Positions 1 to 10,821 of a DNA stretch of 20,000 bases are shown piece after piece. The position numbers were made by a program, and so were the translations under genes. The stretch's first letter is position 1. Every line of letters begins with the position of its first letter. The notes under the pieces are model-generated. The model ran no database searches. It saw nothing but the letters and a program-made list of their open reading frames with translations, and was not told the DNA's origin. Source of the stretch: Ancylonema sp. (Eukaryota); contig JBFLGF010000167.1 of NCBI GenBank assembly GCA_050230475.1, positions 49,481 through 69,480 on the forward strand. Reading direction: 5' to 3'.

Positions 1-1030
1 CCTCCTGCATCTTGTTGGCGTTGACTCGTCCTCCTGCTTCTTTTACCGCTGGAAACGGAACGAGGCTCCACAGTGGCCCTTGCGACTTCTTCCTCGTTCA
101 GTTTGCTGGCAAGTTCTGTCTCCCGCACATATATGCAGTGGCTGAAATTTTGACGTTCTTGACGCCCCAAAATCACTATCCAGAGTCCATCTTCCTGTAT
201 ACTGTGTCTACGAACAGCTTCGTCGATGCCATCCTCTGATATGGATTTATATGTTTACCAAACGCCGTCACAACCATGGAAAGAGAACGAGGAAAAGTAT
301 GCAAAGAACTCTTCTTACGGACCATACCACGATTTTCTGAGACCAAAATGAAGGTGCTGCAATCAAAGCATATGTGGTACTCCGTGATTCCTGTGATCAT
401 GGGGGTGTCACGCGCCTCCAAAGTTTGTGATAGAAAGACAGCCACGGACCTCTCAGCTGGCTTTTGTGACAAATTGTCATGTCTTTTGAAAGCGTCGGAC
501 ATAGTGAGCGGTGGCATGTTTCCTTTCGCACGACATCGTGGGTGATGTAAATGGTATACTTTGTAAACATGTATCTGCATTTTGAAGCAACTTATCAGTA
601 CTTTTTGTCTATATTTCCTCCAAGCCAAATATCGTTCTGATTTCAGCCCCAGTTTGTCGTGACCCGCTGCGTCCCATTTTGTCACTCCAAGCTAACCAAT
701 TTAGGCATTCTTTTGTTCCTTTAATTCGAGCAGGATACTTTGAATTTATCGTAGCAGTGGTTCCTCTTCCACGGGCTTCATCAGCGTTCCCATGAAAAAG
801 ATGCATGTTGAGCCAACAAACACGGTTTCCTATTCCTTCAAGCTGGAACGGCAAGATGAAGTGGCCACAACAAGAAGTAAGTCTCCCACAATTTGCGCCT
901 TTGTTCAGATGCGAAGAAATGAGAAGATGATGGAGGGGCGTGCGGTTGTTTACAATGAACACTCTTGGCGTTGCTTGCTTGGTGTTTGCCACAAGGTTTC
1001 TTCGTCCGTCTGACTGCCAAGTTCTTTCTT
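1..1030 (-). pseudogene. Degenerate Mutator/MULE-like transposase relic (tentative)
   Basis: Across frameshifts, MULE-like motifs appear in the expected order on the minus strand: WQSDG (candidate second D, codon 1008-1010), TGC-ATC-TTT-[TT]-CAT = C-I-F-H (C-x2-H motif, ~791-805), and SPTMSCERKH (candidate catalytic E, 525-527). Recognised by eye only. Confidence 0.4.
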
Positions 1031-1331
1031 GGTAATACGTATGATTTATATTGATAAACATTTACCAATGCATTGACCGATGCATTTCCAAATGACTTCG
1101 AAATCTGGAGAAGGGAAAAACATATTCAAACAACAGGAAGGCTGGGGTTGGACCGATTTTTAATCTTTGGAGCAACTGAACGACCTTGCACACGTGATGT
1201 GAGCTTGAGAAAGCCTGAGTCCGAACAGGAAACGGCGTCTATACATGGCATCTGTGGCTGTCAGAGGAAGCAAACAATACAACATGCCGTCAGCAAGTGT
1301 CAACTGACCTGTGGGCCGTCTTAGTACTAGA

Positions 1332-1403
1332 ACTAGAATGAGTACTGGTACTAAAATGAGTACTGGTACTAGAATGAGTACTAGTACAAGAATGAGTAGT
1401 AGT
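1332..1403 (+). repeat. Minisatellite, 4 x 18 bp (ACTAGAATGAGTACTGGT consensus)
   Basis: Units start at 1332, 1350, 1368 and 1386, with 0-3 mismatches each. Confidence 0.9.
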
Positions 1404-2170
1404 ATCAGTTAAGTACTGGACGCTGGGAGTGAGCAGCAGGGCTGAGGTTGATGTCTGCGCATATCCTGTAGCTGCCTCAAGATGATGGCACGTGGCAGGT
1501 CGGGACGGCAGGTAGCAGGCACGTCAAGTCAAGTCAAGGAGAAAGAGGGATCTTAAACGGACACTTGCGTAAAATTTGAATTAGTATTTGAGCAGGAGTA
1601 GATGTAAGCTGTTGCTAACAGCCGATAGCAATGACTAATGAGGAAGATGGGCATAGGCAAGAAAGGAGACAAGTTGAGACTAAACGGGGCAATGTGTACA
1701 GCGACACGCAGATGAAGATGGAGAGGGTTGCACTCAAAAAGTAGCCAACCAGTCGATCGGAGCGGAGAGGGAAGCAGGGTTAGGGCAGGGCAGGGCAGGG
1801 CATCGGTGAAAATGCTGAGGGAGGTTGGGGTGCGGGTGTGGAGACGGGGAAGGGGGAAGCACAAGGGTGGGGGTGAACCACGTATGATTGCAAGGGTTGG
1901 GGATAGGGTTGGGAGGGGAAAGAGTGCCATAAAAGCGGATCCTTTGGAGAACTAGTTCATTGAATTATATTTCTATTTAAAAAAAAAAAAAACTAACTAT
2001 TTGAAATCGAATTTTCAATGAGGGCTTACACTAGTTGTTAGGGGTGTGGCCTGGTCATCACTGTACCGTGTCATGAGAGCTGCCATGTGTGATGCCAGCT
2101 GGCAGGAGGGGTAGAAGGAGGTGAGGGATAGGGGACGGGAAGTGGGGTTTAGGGAGGGGAGAGGGTAACG

Positions 2171-2233
2171 GGAGGCCTGCTTGGAATGAGGGTGCTTCTG
2201 GCACCTGAACTCGGGTTCGATTCCCGGGGGCCG
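2171..2233 (+). other. Possible tRNA-derived/SINE-like head (Pol III B-box)
   Basis: TCGGG-TTCGATT-CCCGG at 2211-2227 forms a T-arm with a GGTTCGANTCC B-box. A weak A-box-like GGCCTGCTTGG lies ~40 bp upstream. No full cloverleaf can be built. Confidence 0.25.
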
Positions 2234-2351
2234 TTGGTGAAGGAGAGAAGACAGAAGGTCAAAATAGGATCGACCATCACCCCTCGGATAGGCGGCACTA
2301 CACTCACTCCGTACATGTTTTTAGAAGTGTTTTATGTGGGTTCTTGCTTTA

Positions 2352-2357
<6 letters not shown>

Positions 2358-2383
<26 letters not shown>

Positions 2384-2384
2384 T
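2358..2384. repeat. Poly-T run (27 nt)
   Basis: Directly visible homopolymer. Confidence 0.95.
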
Positions 2385-4089
2385 GGGTTTCTTCAGTTTT
2401 TTTGAGGTGCTTTCGGGTTGTAGCGTAGTCTATGCTTCTCTCGACCGGTTTTGGGTCTTCACAGCGGGCGTGTGTCCAGTAAGGAAAATATTGTAAAAGG
2501 CGAAAGTAAAGTCCCCGCAACTGCAAAGCCTCCCTGTTGTGAGTGGTGCCGCTCATGTAACTTAGTGACATCAGCTCCTGCCAGTTGCGTCCCTGATGAT
2601 GTCATCAAGTCCCCTGTCTGGCAAGCGCCAGCTCATCTCCCTTCATGTTGCACTCCCGCCACTTCCGTTGCCGTGCTTCCACGAATCACAATACCCCCTT
2701 CTCCCCACCATACCCTCATCCTGTATCCCCTCTTTCTGTGCATCTCAGAAGTATTCCCCACCCCCCTCCCTGCATGCCACAACCTCGTGTGAGTTGTGGA
2801 TAATTTCCACAGTCTTGGCCTCACCGCTTACTGTCCTTTCATTGACACTAAGAATGCTCATTTCCATTTATGGGGGGGGAGCCCACTTACTAGTTGGTAG
2901 GGATCAGAATAAAGAAGGTGGGATAAAGGTGACACTTGGTGACGACGGTTTCACTTGTGGGTAATGGTATGTTGTGGGGGAGTAGGTTTGGGAATCCAGG
3001 AGACTGGAGACTAGTAGAACAGGATTTGTTTTAGTGTACGCCATGGATACGCTTGTGATACACAACATTGAGCTAACCCATTGTGTGCACTTTTCTCGAA
3101 ATCATTGTTCGTGAGCATTTTCAAATCGGTAAAAAGAGAAGTGTGGGTCGATTGTGGGTTATAAGGTAGAGGTGGGTTTGAAACCGGTAACACGTTCATC
3201 ATCAATTTCTTCTTACTTGAAGCAACAATTCTGCAAATTTGTGCAATGACATTAATTATAAAAAAATTGTCAATTTGTTTTATCATCTGAATGTATTAAT
3301 TCTGTTTTTCCCCTCTATAAACGTATACACTCATATGTAGGAGTTTTGTCATTTTTCAATACTTGGCTTATCTTTCCTCAATGCTCAAACTATGAACCTT
3401 CGATTTACTTCAAATGTTGAGTGTCTCTAGAAGCCTCATTTCGTCTTCTTATGATTGTTCGAAAGGAAATTGTCACTTAGTTCTTCCTCCACTCCACTTC
3501 AATATTTGATATGCTTAGTGTGGAGGCGGACTTATGAGAAAAAAATAGTAGATGATTTTATGAAGACATGTATGGATGTGTTGTGAGAATTGGCTAGAAA
3601 CTTTGTTGCATAGAGAATATTCGTTATATCGATTTTGTGGCAACATGCCTTCTTGCTATATATTTTAGCAAGTATTCGTTAGAACGATACATCAGACAAG
3701 GCATGTTTACTTAGGCCAAGTTGCGGCCGCCATAATATTCAATCGGACTCTTGCAATCAAGACTCGACTCTCTTGTATGACATGTGGCGAATAAAATTGA
3801 TTCTGAAGATTGAAGCTATTGGTGTAAAGAAGGCATCATGGATGATGGTAACACTCACATGTGTGATGTATGTTAAACTCTAGGTCGCGCAAACATCATA
3901 CAATGGGTTTTTTAACCTGCTAAACAAAGAAGTATCAGAAATAAGTTTGTTTTCAACTACAAAATGTATTAGTGGGAAACATCGTCCAAGCATAGCCGTA
4001 ATTTTGGGAAAAGGATAGCATAGTTTATGCCTTCGTGAAAAGGGGGAGTCTGTCTAGTGTAACAATACGACCTAGTACAATACTAGTGT

Positions 4090-4520
4090 TTAGGATGAAA
4101 CACCATGCTTAATCAAGTGACGAAGCATGCTAGCTTGGACGTGGTCTTGGAGCTGGCCTATCTCGTCCTCCAACTCTTCTAGTTCTTAGCCAAAAGCCTT
4201 GTGCAAGAATCTTTAACAAGCGTTGTTCCGAATAAATCAGCATCGATGAAGTTAGCAATCACATTTTCGAGTGTGACGAGGCGTTCTTGCGATGCTTCTA
4301 CACACTTCGTCAGTTCGGGAACAATGTACTTGTCCCCCATCGCCCAAAGTTGAGCGACGCAAAGACTCTTTGAGTCATGTGAGGGCAACTGATTTGTGTA
4401 CACAAACTCCAAAAATTGATTCACCGCAACATCCGTAAAGTCCTTCATTTCAACACATCTCATTTGAGTTTCCTTCATGCCGCTTGTAAACATGGCCCTC
4501 ATCACAGGAGAAGCAGCTTC
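4090..4520 (-). pseudogene. BTB/POZ (BTB-BACK-like) domain exon with a 1-bp frameshift
   Basis: EAASPVMRAMFTSGMKETQ...KDFTDVAVNQFLEFVYT...LWAMGDKYIVPEL...VTLENVI...ADLF...VKDSC is the C-terminal part of a BTB fold plus the start of BACK. It begins right after a tgcag acceptor (AG at 4521-4522). The stop at 4179-4181 is bypassed by a frameshift giving LEELEDEIGQLQDHVQASMLRHLIKHGVSS* (stop 4090-4092). Confidence 0.8.
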
Positions 4521-4963
4521 CTGCATCACATCAATGATATAAAATGGAATTACGAGGGGGTTCCTTCAAGTCGTTTCTCATCTGAATCATTCTATCGCGG
4601 AAAACACGGTTTGCTCCGACTCACGGGACCACTATTTAAACAAATGGTTTCCTATTCCACAACCATGTTGATATCGACTAGCACAAGCATTGTAAGGCAT
4701 TCAATACTCCCACTCGTCACCATTGTGCTTCTCGGTCACATATTCAAATTGTGAATGACAACTTTGAATCTGAAGGCAAATGGAAAACTCATACATTGAA
4801 AGCAATACAACCTCGACTTACGCACATCCATATCACAAACATACAACGTACACGCTCATTCTCAACACGCATATCTACATTTATTTGGATGTATTTGAAG
4901 GTACACAATCAAGGAAAACATAGCATGAGGTTCGCAAAAAATGAAAACCAAGTCGAGGGCGCG

Positions 4964-5337
4964 AGGCCAAAGGCGAAGTTCAAGGTTGGAGACTTCGGCC
5001 AACGGCTAGCTCCCTGGAGGTCAACACGAGGCCACACATCTTGAGGATAGTGGAACTCAGGGACTCAGGGATAGCAGTTCTTGGGGGTAGAGATGGGACG
5101 ACAATGCAGGAGCAGGTGAAGCACATTGCTCATTCCACTGTACCGGTGGGAGACAAGAGGGTCTACCCAGAGTTGTATGATCGCGGGGAGACAACATATT
5201 GCCGGGTTTGTGGGTTGTGGTCCTACCCGAAGCGGATGGTGTTGTGCGACAAGTGTAACCAGGGGTATCACACGTGGTGTTTGACACCACCCCTGGTAGG
5301 AGTGCCGGAGGGAAGCTGGACTTGTCCTCGACACTAG
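4964..5337 (+). mobile_element. 3' fragment of Ty3/gypsy-like pol: post-integrase region plus PHD finger (degenerate)
   Basis: The PHD finger CRVC...LCDKCNQGYHTWCLTPPL...VPEGSWTCPRH (C4HC2H variant) is preceded by RPKAKFKVGDF / frameshift / RPTASSLEVNTRPHILRIVELRDSGIAVL, which resembles integrase C-termini of green-lineage Ty3 elements. There is no intron, and a PPT and TG-start repeat lie downstream. Confidence 0.7.
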
Positions 5338-5516
5338 GTGAGCTTCTTACTTCAGAGTGAAGTAGTCACAAAAGACTCTACATCGGAACCATGCAATGTA
5401 ACAGCGGAACCATTGCATGAAGAGCATAGAACCCCACACGGAACCATGCAGCAATGAAATATCGGACACATTGTATGAGAGGGATATGGTGATAATGGTG
5501 TTCCATATCACAGATA

Positions 5517-5707
5517 TGCAATGGATTGGCTGATGCCATTGCCGGAGGTATCTAAGACCTCCATGAGGGGCATGCATGAAGACCTCCATGAGGGAGGAGA
5601 AAGTGCAATGGATTGGCATGTGCCAATGCCGGAGGCATTGAAGGAAGACCTCCATGAGGGGCAGTTATGCAATGGATTGGCTGATGCCTTTGCCGGAGGC
5701 ATTGAAG
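5517..5707 (+). repeat. Imperfect two-module tandem repeat in the putative retroelement 3' region
   Basis: A TGCAATGGATTGGCTGATGCCATTGCCGGAGG-like module occurs at 5517, 5604 and 5668, interleaved with three AAGACCTCCATGAGGG modules (~5554, 5579, 5645). Confidence 0.85.
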
Positions 5708-6126
5708 AACTCAAAAGGGGCAATAATCAACTTTCTGCAGGAAGTGTGATTGGTCAACTTCTATGAGAAATGTGACACTAACCTAACCTCAATTCACTAA
5801 GTCAATAAAAACTTAAAACATTGAGAAGTGAGAGGAGGTTGGCGCATACGGCTCAATCGAGTTTTTGAGGCCTAGAGACCAAAGGTGGATCCTTTGGTGG
5901 TAACACTCTAAACTTGCGGGAACTGGTTTGGGTGTGGGTGATTTGACCAACTCCTCAGATAAGTGTGGGGTGAGGGGCTAGCTACCCCAAACCCACCAAT
6001 ATCTTGGAGGAGTAGGTGTTTCTAACTTCTAACCATTGTGCATGGCAATGATGGGAAGTGTAGATCATGCAAAAAAAAAATCTCGGAGATTACCAAACCG
6101 GGGTCGCGGGAGCTTTTCCCCGTCTT

Positions 6127-6137
6127 GGGGGGGGGAG
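6127..6137 (+). other. Polypurine tract (PPT) candidate
   Basis: GGGGGGGGGAG directly abuts the TG that starts the direct repeat at 6138, ~800 bp downstream of the pol fragment on the same strand. Confidence 0.55.
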
Positions 6138-6397
6138 TGAGCATTAATTTGAAGTGTGTTGTGAACGCGCGAGTTGCGGCACCGCATGCCGTCTAGGCGC
6201 GGTGATGGGGAGCGGTGCTCGGTAACTGCATGCCGTCTAGGCGCGGTTATGCGAGTACGCGGTGTGCCTAGGGAGATGGCCTAGCTATGTGATAGCTTGT
6301 ACGGTCGTGTGGACCTTGTTATAGTCACGATGTGTACGGTGTGCCTATACGGTGTAGTGCTTGCACGTGTAGCCGTACACGAGACATAGGTACGACA
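6138..6397 (+). repeat. LTR-like direct repeat, copy 1 (TG...CA)
   Basis: TGAGCAT...GGTACGACA aligns with 8920-9176, with roughly a dozen substitutions and two small indels. It contains an internal 20-bp duplication GCATGCCGTCTAGGCGCGGT (6184, 6228). Confidence 0.85.
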
Positions 6398-7162
6398 ACT
6401 GTCATACTTATTCCAGTCGCACGTGCGGCACGTGTGTGCCGTACGGTCCTGGCCGGGTGACCCGGGTACGGTTGACGCCGCTACATGCGGTCTGCGTAGA
6501 GCGGTAGGCGGCTGAGGGCGGCTGGGTTATTTATTTGTTCGCGTTAGAGCGGCAACGGGCGGGAGCCCGCAGGGGCCCGTCGGAATATTAATTGTTCGAT
6601 AGAGCGATCGATATTCGATTGGTGTATCGAGGGATAGTTAGCCGTTTGACTTTTGGTTGCGGTTCAGTATAGCGGGTGTCAGGCCACGGGACGTTCCAGC
6701 GAAACGTGGTCGGGTCAGGCTCCCGGGTTGTGGGGTCATATAGTGCCATGCTGGCATGAATGGTCGATTGTGATCGTTAGCGATTTGCGACTTTGGGTAG
6801 GATATGCTTGGATTAGATGCATCCGATCGGACGCATGCGTACGGCGTAGATTATATTCTAAGCGTACGGAAAGTGCAAGTGAGTCGGAAGTGCCTTGTTG
6901 GACTTTCGGACTATGTATACTGATTAGGGTTGTAAATATGACGTAATCCGGGTTTCGGCGTAAGTAATACAACCGTAATTTACGAATTACCGTAGTATCG
7001 TTATTTTACCAAAAACCATGTAATTTGACGATAGCCTTACATGTAAATCGTAATTGAGGTAATTACTAATTTACCGTCATGACGATAAAAATGTAAAAAT
7101 TACACCTATCAAATTTGGGACACTTCAGGCACGCCACAATTTTTTTTTTTTTTTTTTTTTTA

Positions 7163-7607
<445 letters not shown>

Positions 7608-8056
7608 TTCCCCCCCTTCCACCCCCCTACTCTCCCCCCGTAATATTTTCTCCCCGGCGACTTTCTCTGTGCGTGAGAGTGCCTGACAATCTACTTTCTT
7701 CCTCGTGTAATAACATACTAGAACTGTCGTTGTAGATACACGTTTAAATAAACGACAATGTAATGAAGTCAGCAACTACTTCATAGTCGACAACATAGTC
7801 ACAACGTTCTAGCAGACGACAATGTTATGTAGGACGACGACGCCATGAAAGTCTAGTGATGGAATACCGCGATGACTTGGAATCTCCATGACATTTTCGT
7901 CTTCCAGGTTAGAAGACGAAAGGAGGACTATCCTTACAGAGAAGATATGACGACGGACGAACATTATTTTGTATATGCTGATGAAATCTTGTTTGTTGGG
8001 AAACAACTTAAAATGAAGAGAATCAGTGTCATGAATTATTTGTAATATGTGGTTAT

Positions 8057-8082
<26 letters not shown>
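8057..8082. repeat. (TG)13 microsatellite
   Basis: Directly visible. Confidence 0.95.
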
Positions 8083-8087
<5 letters not shown>

Positions 8088-8919
8088 CCTTGAAATGAAG
8101 CAAAAATACATTTTATAAGTTACAAAAAAAACTACAAACAGGATAGCAATGCAAGTTGATAATAGGTTATTACATGTTGCTAATAAATGCAAAGTTAGCA
8201 TTGCATTTTGCGAAGGAGATAAGGCCACAACTAGCACTATAAGAAGGTTGAGGAAGAAATGGAATATTGGACTTGAGGGGAGGTGATGCACTAAAACATG
8301 GGTGGAAAGGAAAAGTATGGTGTACTAATTTCGAAGGGAAGATAAGGTATGCTATTTTGGTACACATCAAGGTTATAACATCGAGAACTCCGTCCATGTG
8401 GGACAAATAATATGAAAACTAACATAGTTTTAATATTGTTAAAAAAATACACAATCTACAACCACGGGAAAAAATAATGAAAATCCACGCACCTTTTTTT
8501 TTTCTCCTTTTTTTTTTGCAACCCTCATTAAAATCCTTAATATTACGTGTAATCGCCATTCTGGCCATGTTTTACGTAATTGAGCAAATCGATGTAATTT
8601 GTAAGATTACGGTAAGATTACCGTAAAACGGTAATTGACGTATTACGTAATGTAAAAAAAAGACGTAAATGTAAAATTGACAACCCTAATTCTGGTGCAT
8701 GAGCACTATGGCGGAATTACGCCAGAGTGCATACCAACTAAGCTTTGGCAAGAGCGGTGACGTGTCGTTTTGTGATTTCGTTGAGCTTTGACTATGGCGA
8801 TGTTAAAGGCTGATATCATTGAGCGGATGCTGAATTTTGTATCGGTGATCATTTGCTGCGTACGATAGTGCGTTCGACGCGTCCAGAGATAGCGTTAGAT
8901 ATCTTGCCTAGTACGTTAG

Positions 8920-9176
8920 TGAGCATGAAATTGAAGCGCGTTGGGATCGCGCGAGTTGCGGCACCGCATGCCGTCTAGGCGCGGTGATGGGGAGCGGTGC
9001 TCGGTAACTGCATGCCGTCTAGGCGCGGTTATGCGAGTACGGAGTGTGCCTAGGGAGATGGCCTTGCTATGTGATAGCTTGTACGGTCGAGTGGACCTTG
9101 TTATAGTTGTGTACGGTGTGCCTATACGGTGTAGTGCTTGCACGTGTAGACGTACACGATTGATATAGGTACGACA
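8920..9176 (+). repeat. LTR-like direct repeat, copy 2 (TG...CA)
   Basis: Second copy of 6138-6397. Similarity stops sharply after GGTACGACA. Confidence 0.85.
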
Positions 9177-9663
9177 TACGCGCCAAGAGTGTGCGCCATG
9201 GATATTTTAATCAATAAAAATGATCCGAACATTAGTTGCGCCAGGTATTTTCTTTATTAATTTATATGATCCAATCCAACTTGCGCCATTATATAGGGAC
9301 ATGAGGGGACTTTCAGCCCTTCGGTTCTGGGCTCCTCGATCCCATCGACCTTCCCAAATGGGCCATAGACCGCTTTCCGTACACGAGCCCGGGGTTCCGC
9401 AGCTCGAAGCCCGGGGGCGTGGGGCTATTCTTCATTACAAGCACCTCTCGACACAGTAATTATTGAAATTTATTTTTTGATATGAGATCAGAATATTCGC
9501 TAAATAATATTGTTGCGCCAAAATTTCGTCGATTTTAATTAATTATTTGCTCCATAGGGTGCGCCAGCGTGGTCAAAATAATTAATTTAGTACGCGCCAA
9601 AAACGTGTGCTCCAGGCAAAATGGTGATTATTTTTTGGCGTTTTATTTCTGGCTGGTACGGTA
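9177..9663. repeat. Segment with iterated GCGCCA motifs, probable transposon subterminal fragment
   Basis: Seven same-orientation (T/C)GCGCCA motifs (~9179, 9192, 9237, 9282, 9514, 9560, 9593) in AT-rich context. TACGCGCCAA occurs at 9177 and 9591. Confidence 0.4.
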
Positions 9664-10118
9664 TGCCTCAATTTAGACCACAAATTGGATACCAAACATA
9701 GAGAGAATAATGGTATTCACCCATATGTTTTTTGTGAAATATGAAGATCATAACTCATGTGCATCGTCTCACTATGATTTGATAAGTGCTTTGCATTTCA
9801 AAAAGAAGGTAGATAGTGTAGTGTAACGCAAAAATAAACGTGACTGTATCAAAAAAATAAACGTGGTTGAACAAAACTCTATCATCTATCGTGTAAATGA
9901 CATGATGATATTTTATTCTTTTCAGATTTAAACATGTGAAACATTTTAATCGCTTCAAAATCTTACATGAGAAATAAATTTTGAAAAGTTGGTATGCATT
10001 TGTATTCCATCAAAGCAAGAAAGCAAACGTCCCTATATGTATTTTTTTGGAGAATGTGGTGGAATCTATTACGTACTCCTTCAACATCATTATTTTTCGT
10101 TAGTAATTCGTCATGACA

Positions 10119-10321
10119 AACATTTTCTATATATTTTTTGTACAAAGAAAATCGATATCATTGGCAACAAATATCCGGAGTTTTTCTTTCATGGATAACC
10201 ATTTAAAACCCCCCAATTTTTTTTACTATAATCTGTCGTTCCAAAATTCTGGTCTAAAAGGACGGACCCTGATCCGGAATCGGAACCTCTAAGCCTCGCT
10301 TTGCTGGTCTATGCAACTATG
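10119..10321. mobile_element. Right end of an older hAT copy related to the 11091-12187 element
   Basis: Colinear similarity to ~11979-12187 (TCCGGAGTTTT, TTAAAACCC, AAAAGGACGGACC). It ends in GCTGGTCTATGCAACTATG, 15/19 to the TIR at 12169-12187. The left end was not found. Confidence 0.75.
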
Positions 10322-10821
10322 ATCCGCTTCGGAGATCAATCGGAACCGATCCGGATCTGTGCCGGATTGGAGATGAGCCGATCGGATTGGGCCCATTCTT
10401 GTAGTGTGCCAATATAAGACTTCGGGTTCATCCAATACGATTTGATTTTGTAATGGTTTTTCGAAATGATTCCGGGAGCCCGTGTGTTCGTATCGATGAT
10501 TGTTCTCGTGATGATTCCGGGATTCCTTCGGTTATGATCGATGTTTGTGTGGATGATTCTGATTTTGGGAATAAAATTTAGTAGAATTGCTTAATTAAAT
10601 TTAAATTTAAATAATTTTTTACTTTTTAATATTTTTGATTTTTTGATCCAAATACTTATTCATACAAATTTAAGATTTACATTAATTAAGAGATGCGACT
10701 CTATACTGGCATCGGGGAATTTGCGATGAGGTGCTGATCATAAGCGAGGCGGAGGAGGTGAAAATTGTTGGGGTTGTGGGGAACTTGATGTGCACCAATT
10801 GTGGCATGAATTCGACTAAAA

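Noticed and set aside
1777..1785. Telomeric repeat (TTAGGG; also TTTAGGG at ~2147)
   Set aside because: Single isolated units, not arrays.
2293..2550. CACTA element from GGCACTACACTCAC / GTGAGTGGTGCC inverted match
   Set aside because: The match is short and gapped, with no TAGTG terminus and no 3-bp TSD.
2593..2615. Hammerhead ribozyme core (CTGATGA)
   Set aside because: No downstream GAAA core or supporting stems.
1951..3015. Helitron 3' ends at ACTAGT sites (1951, 2030, 2889, 3010)
   Set aside because: Upstream hairpins are weak or mis-spaced (e.g. TCCAG-GAGA-CTGGA is only 2 nt from CTAG), and no 5' end or RepHel sequence is identifiable.
5517..5707. CRISPR-like repeat-spacer appearance
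   Set aside because: The repeats are imperfect, the intervening segments are themselves repeated and variable in length, there are no cas genes, and the context is eukaryotic.
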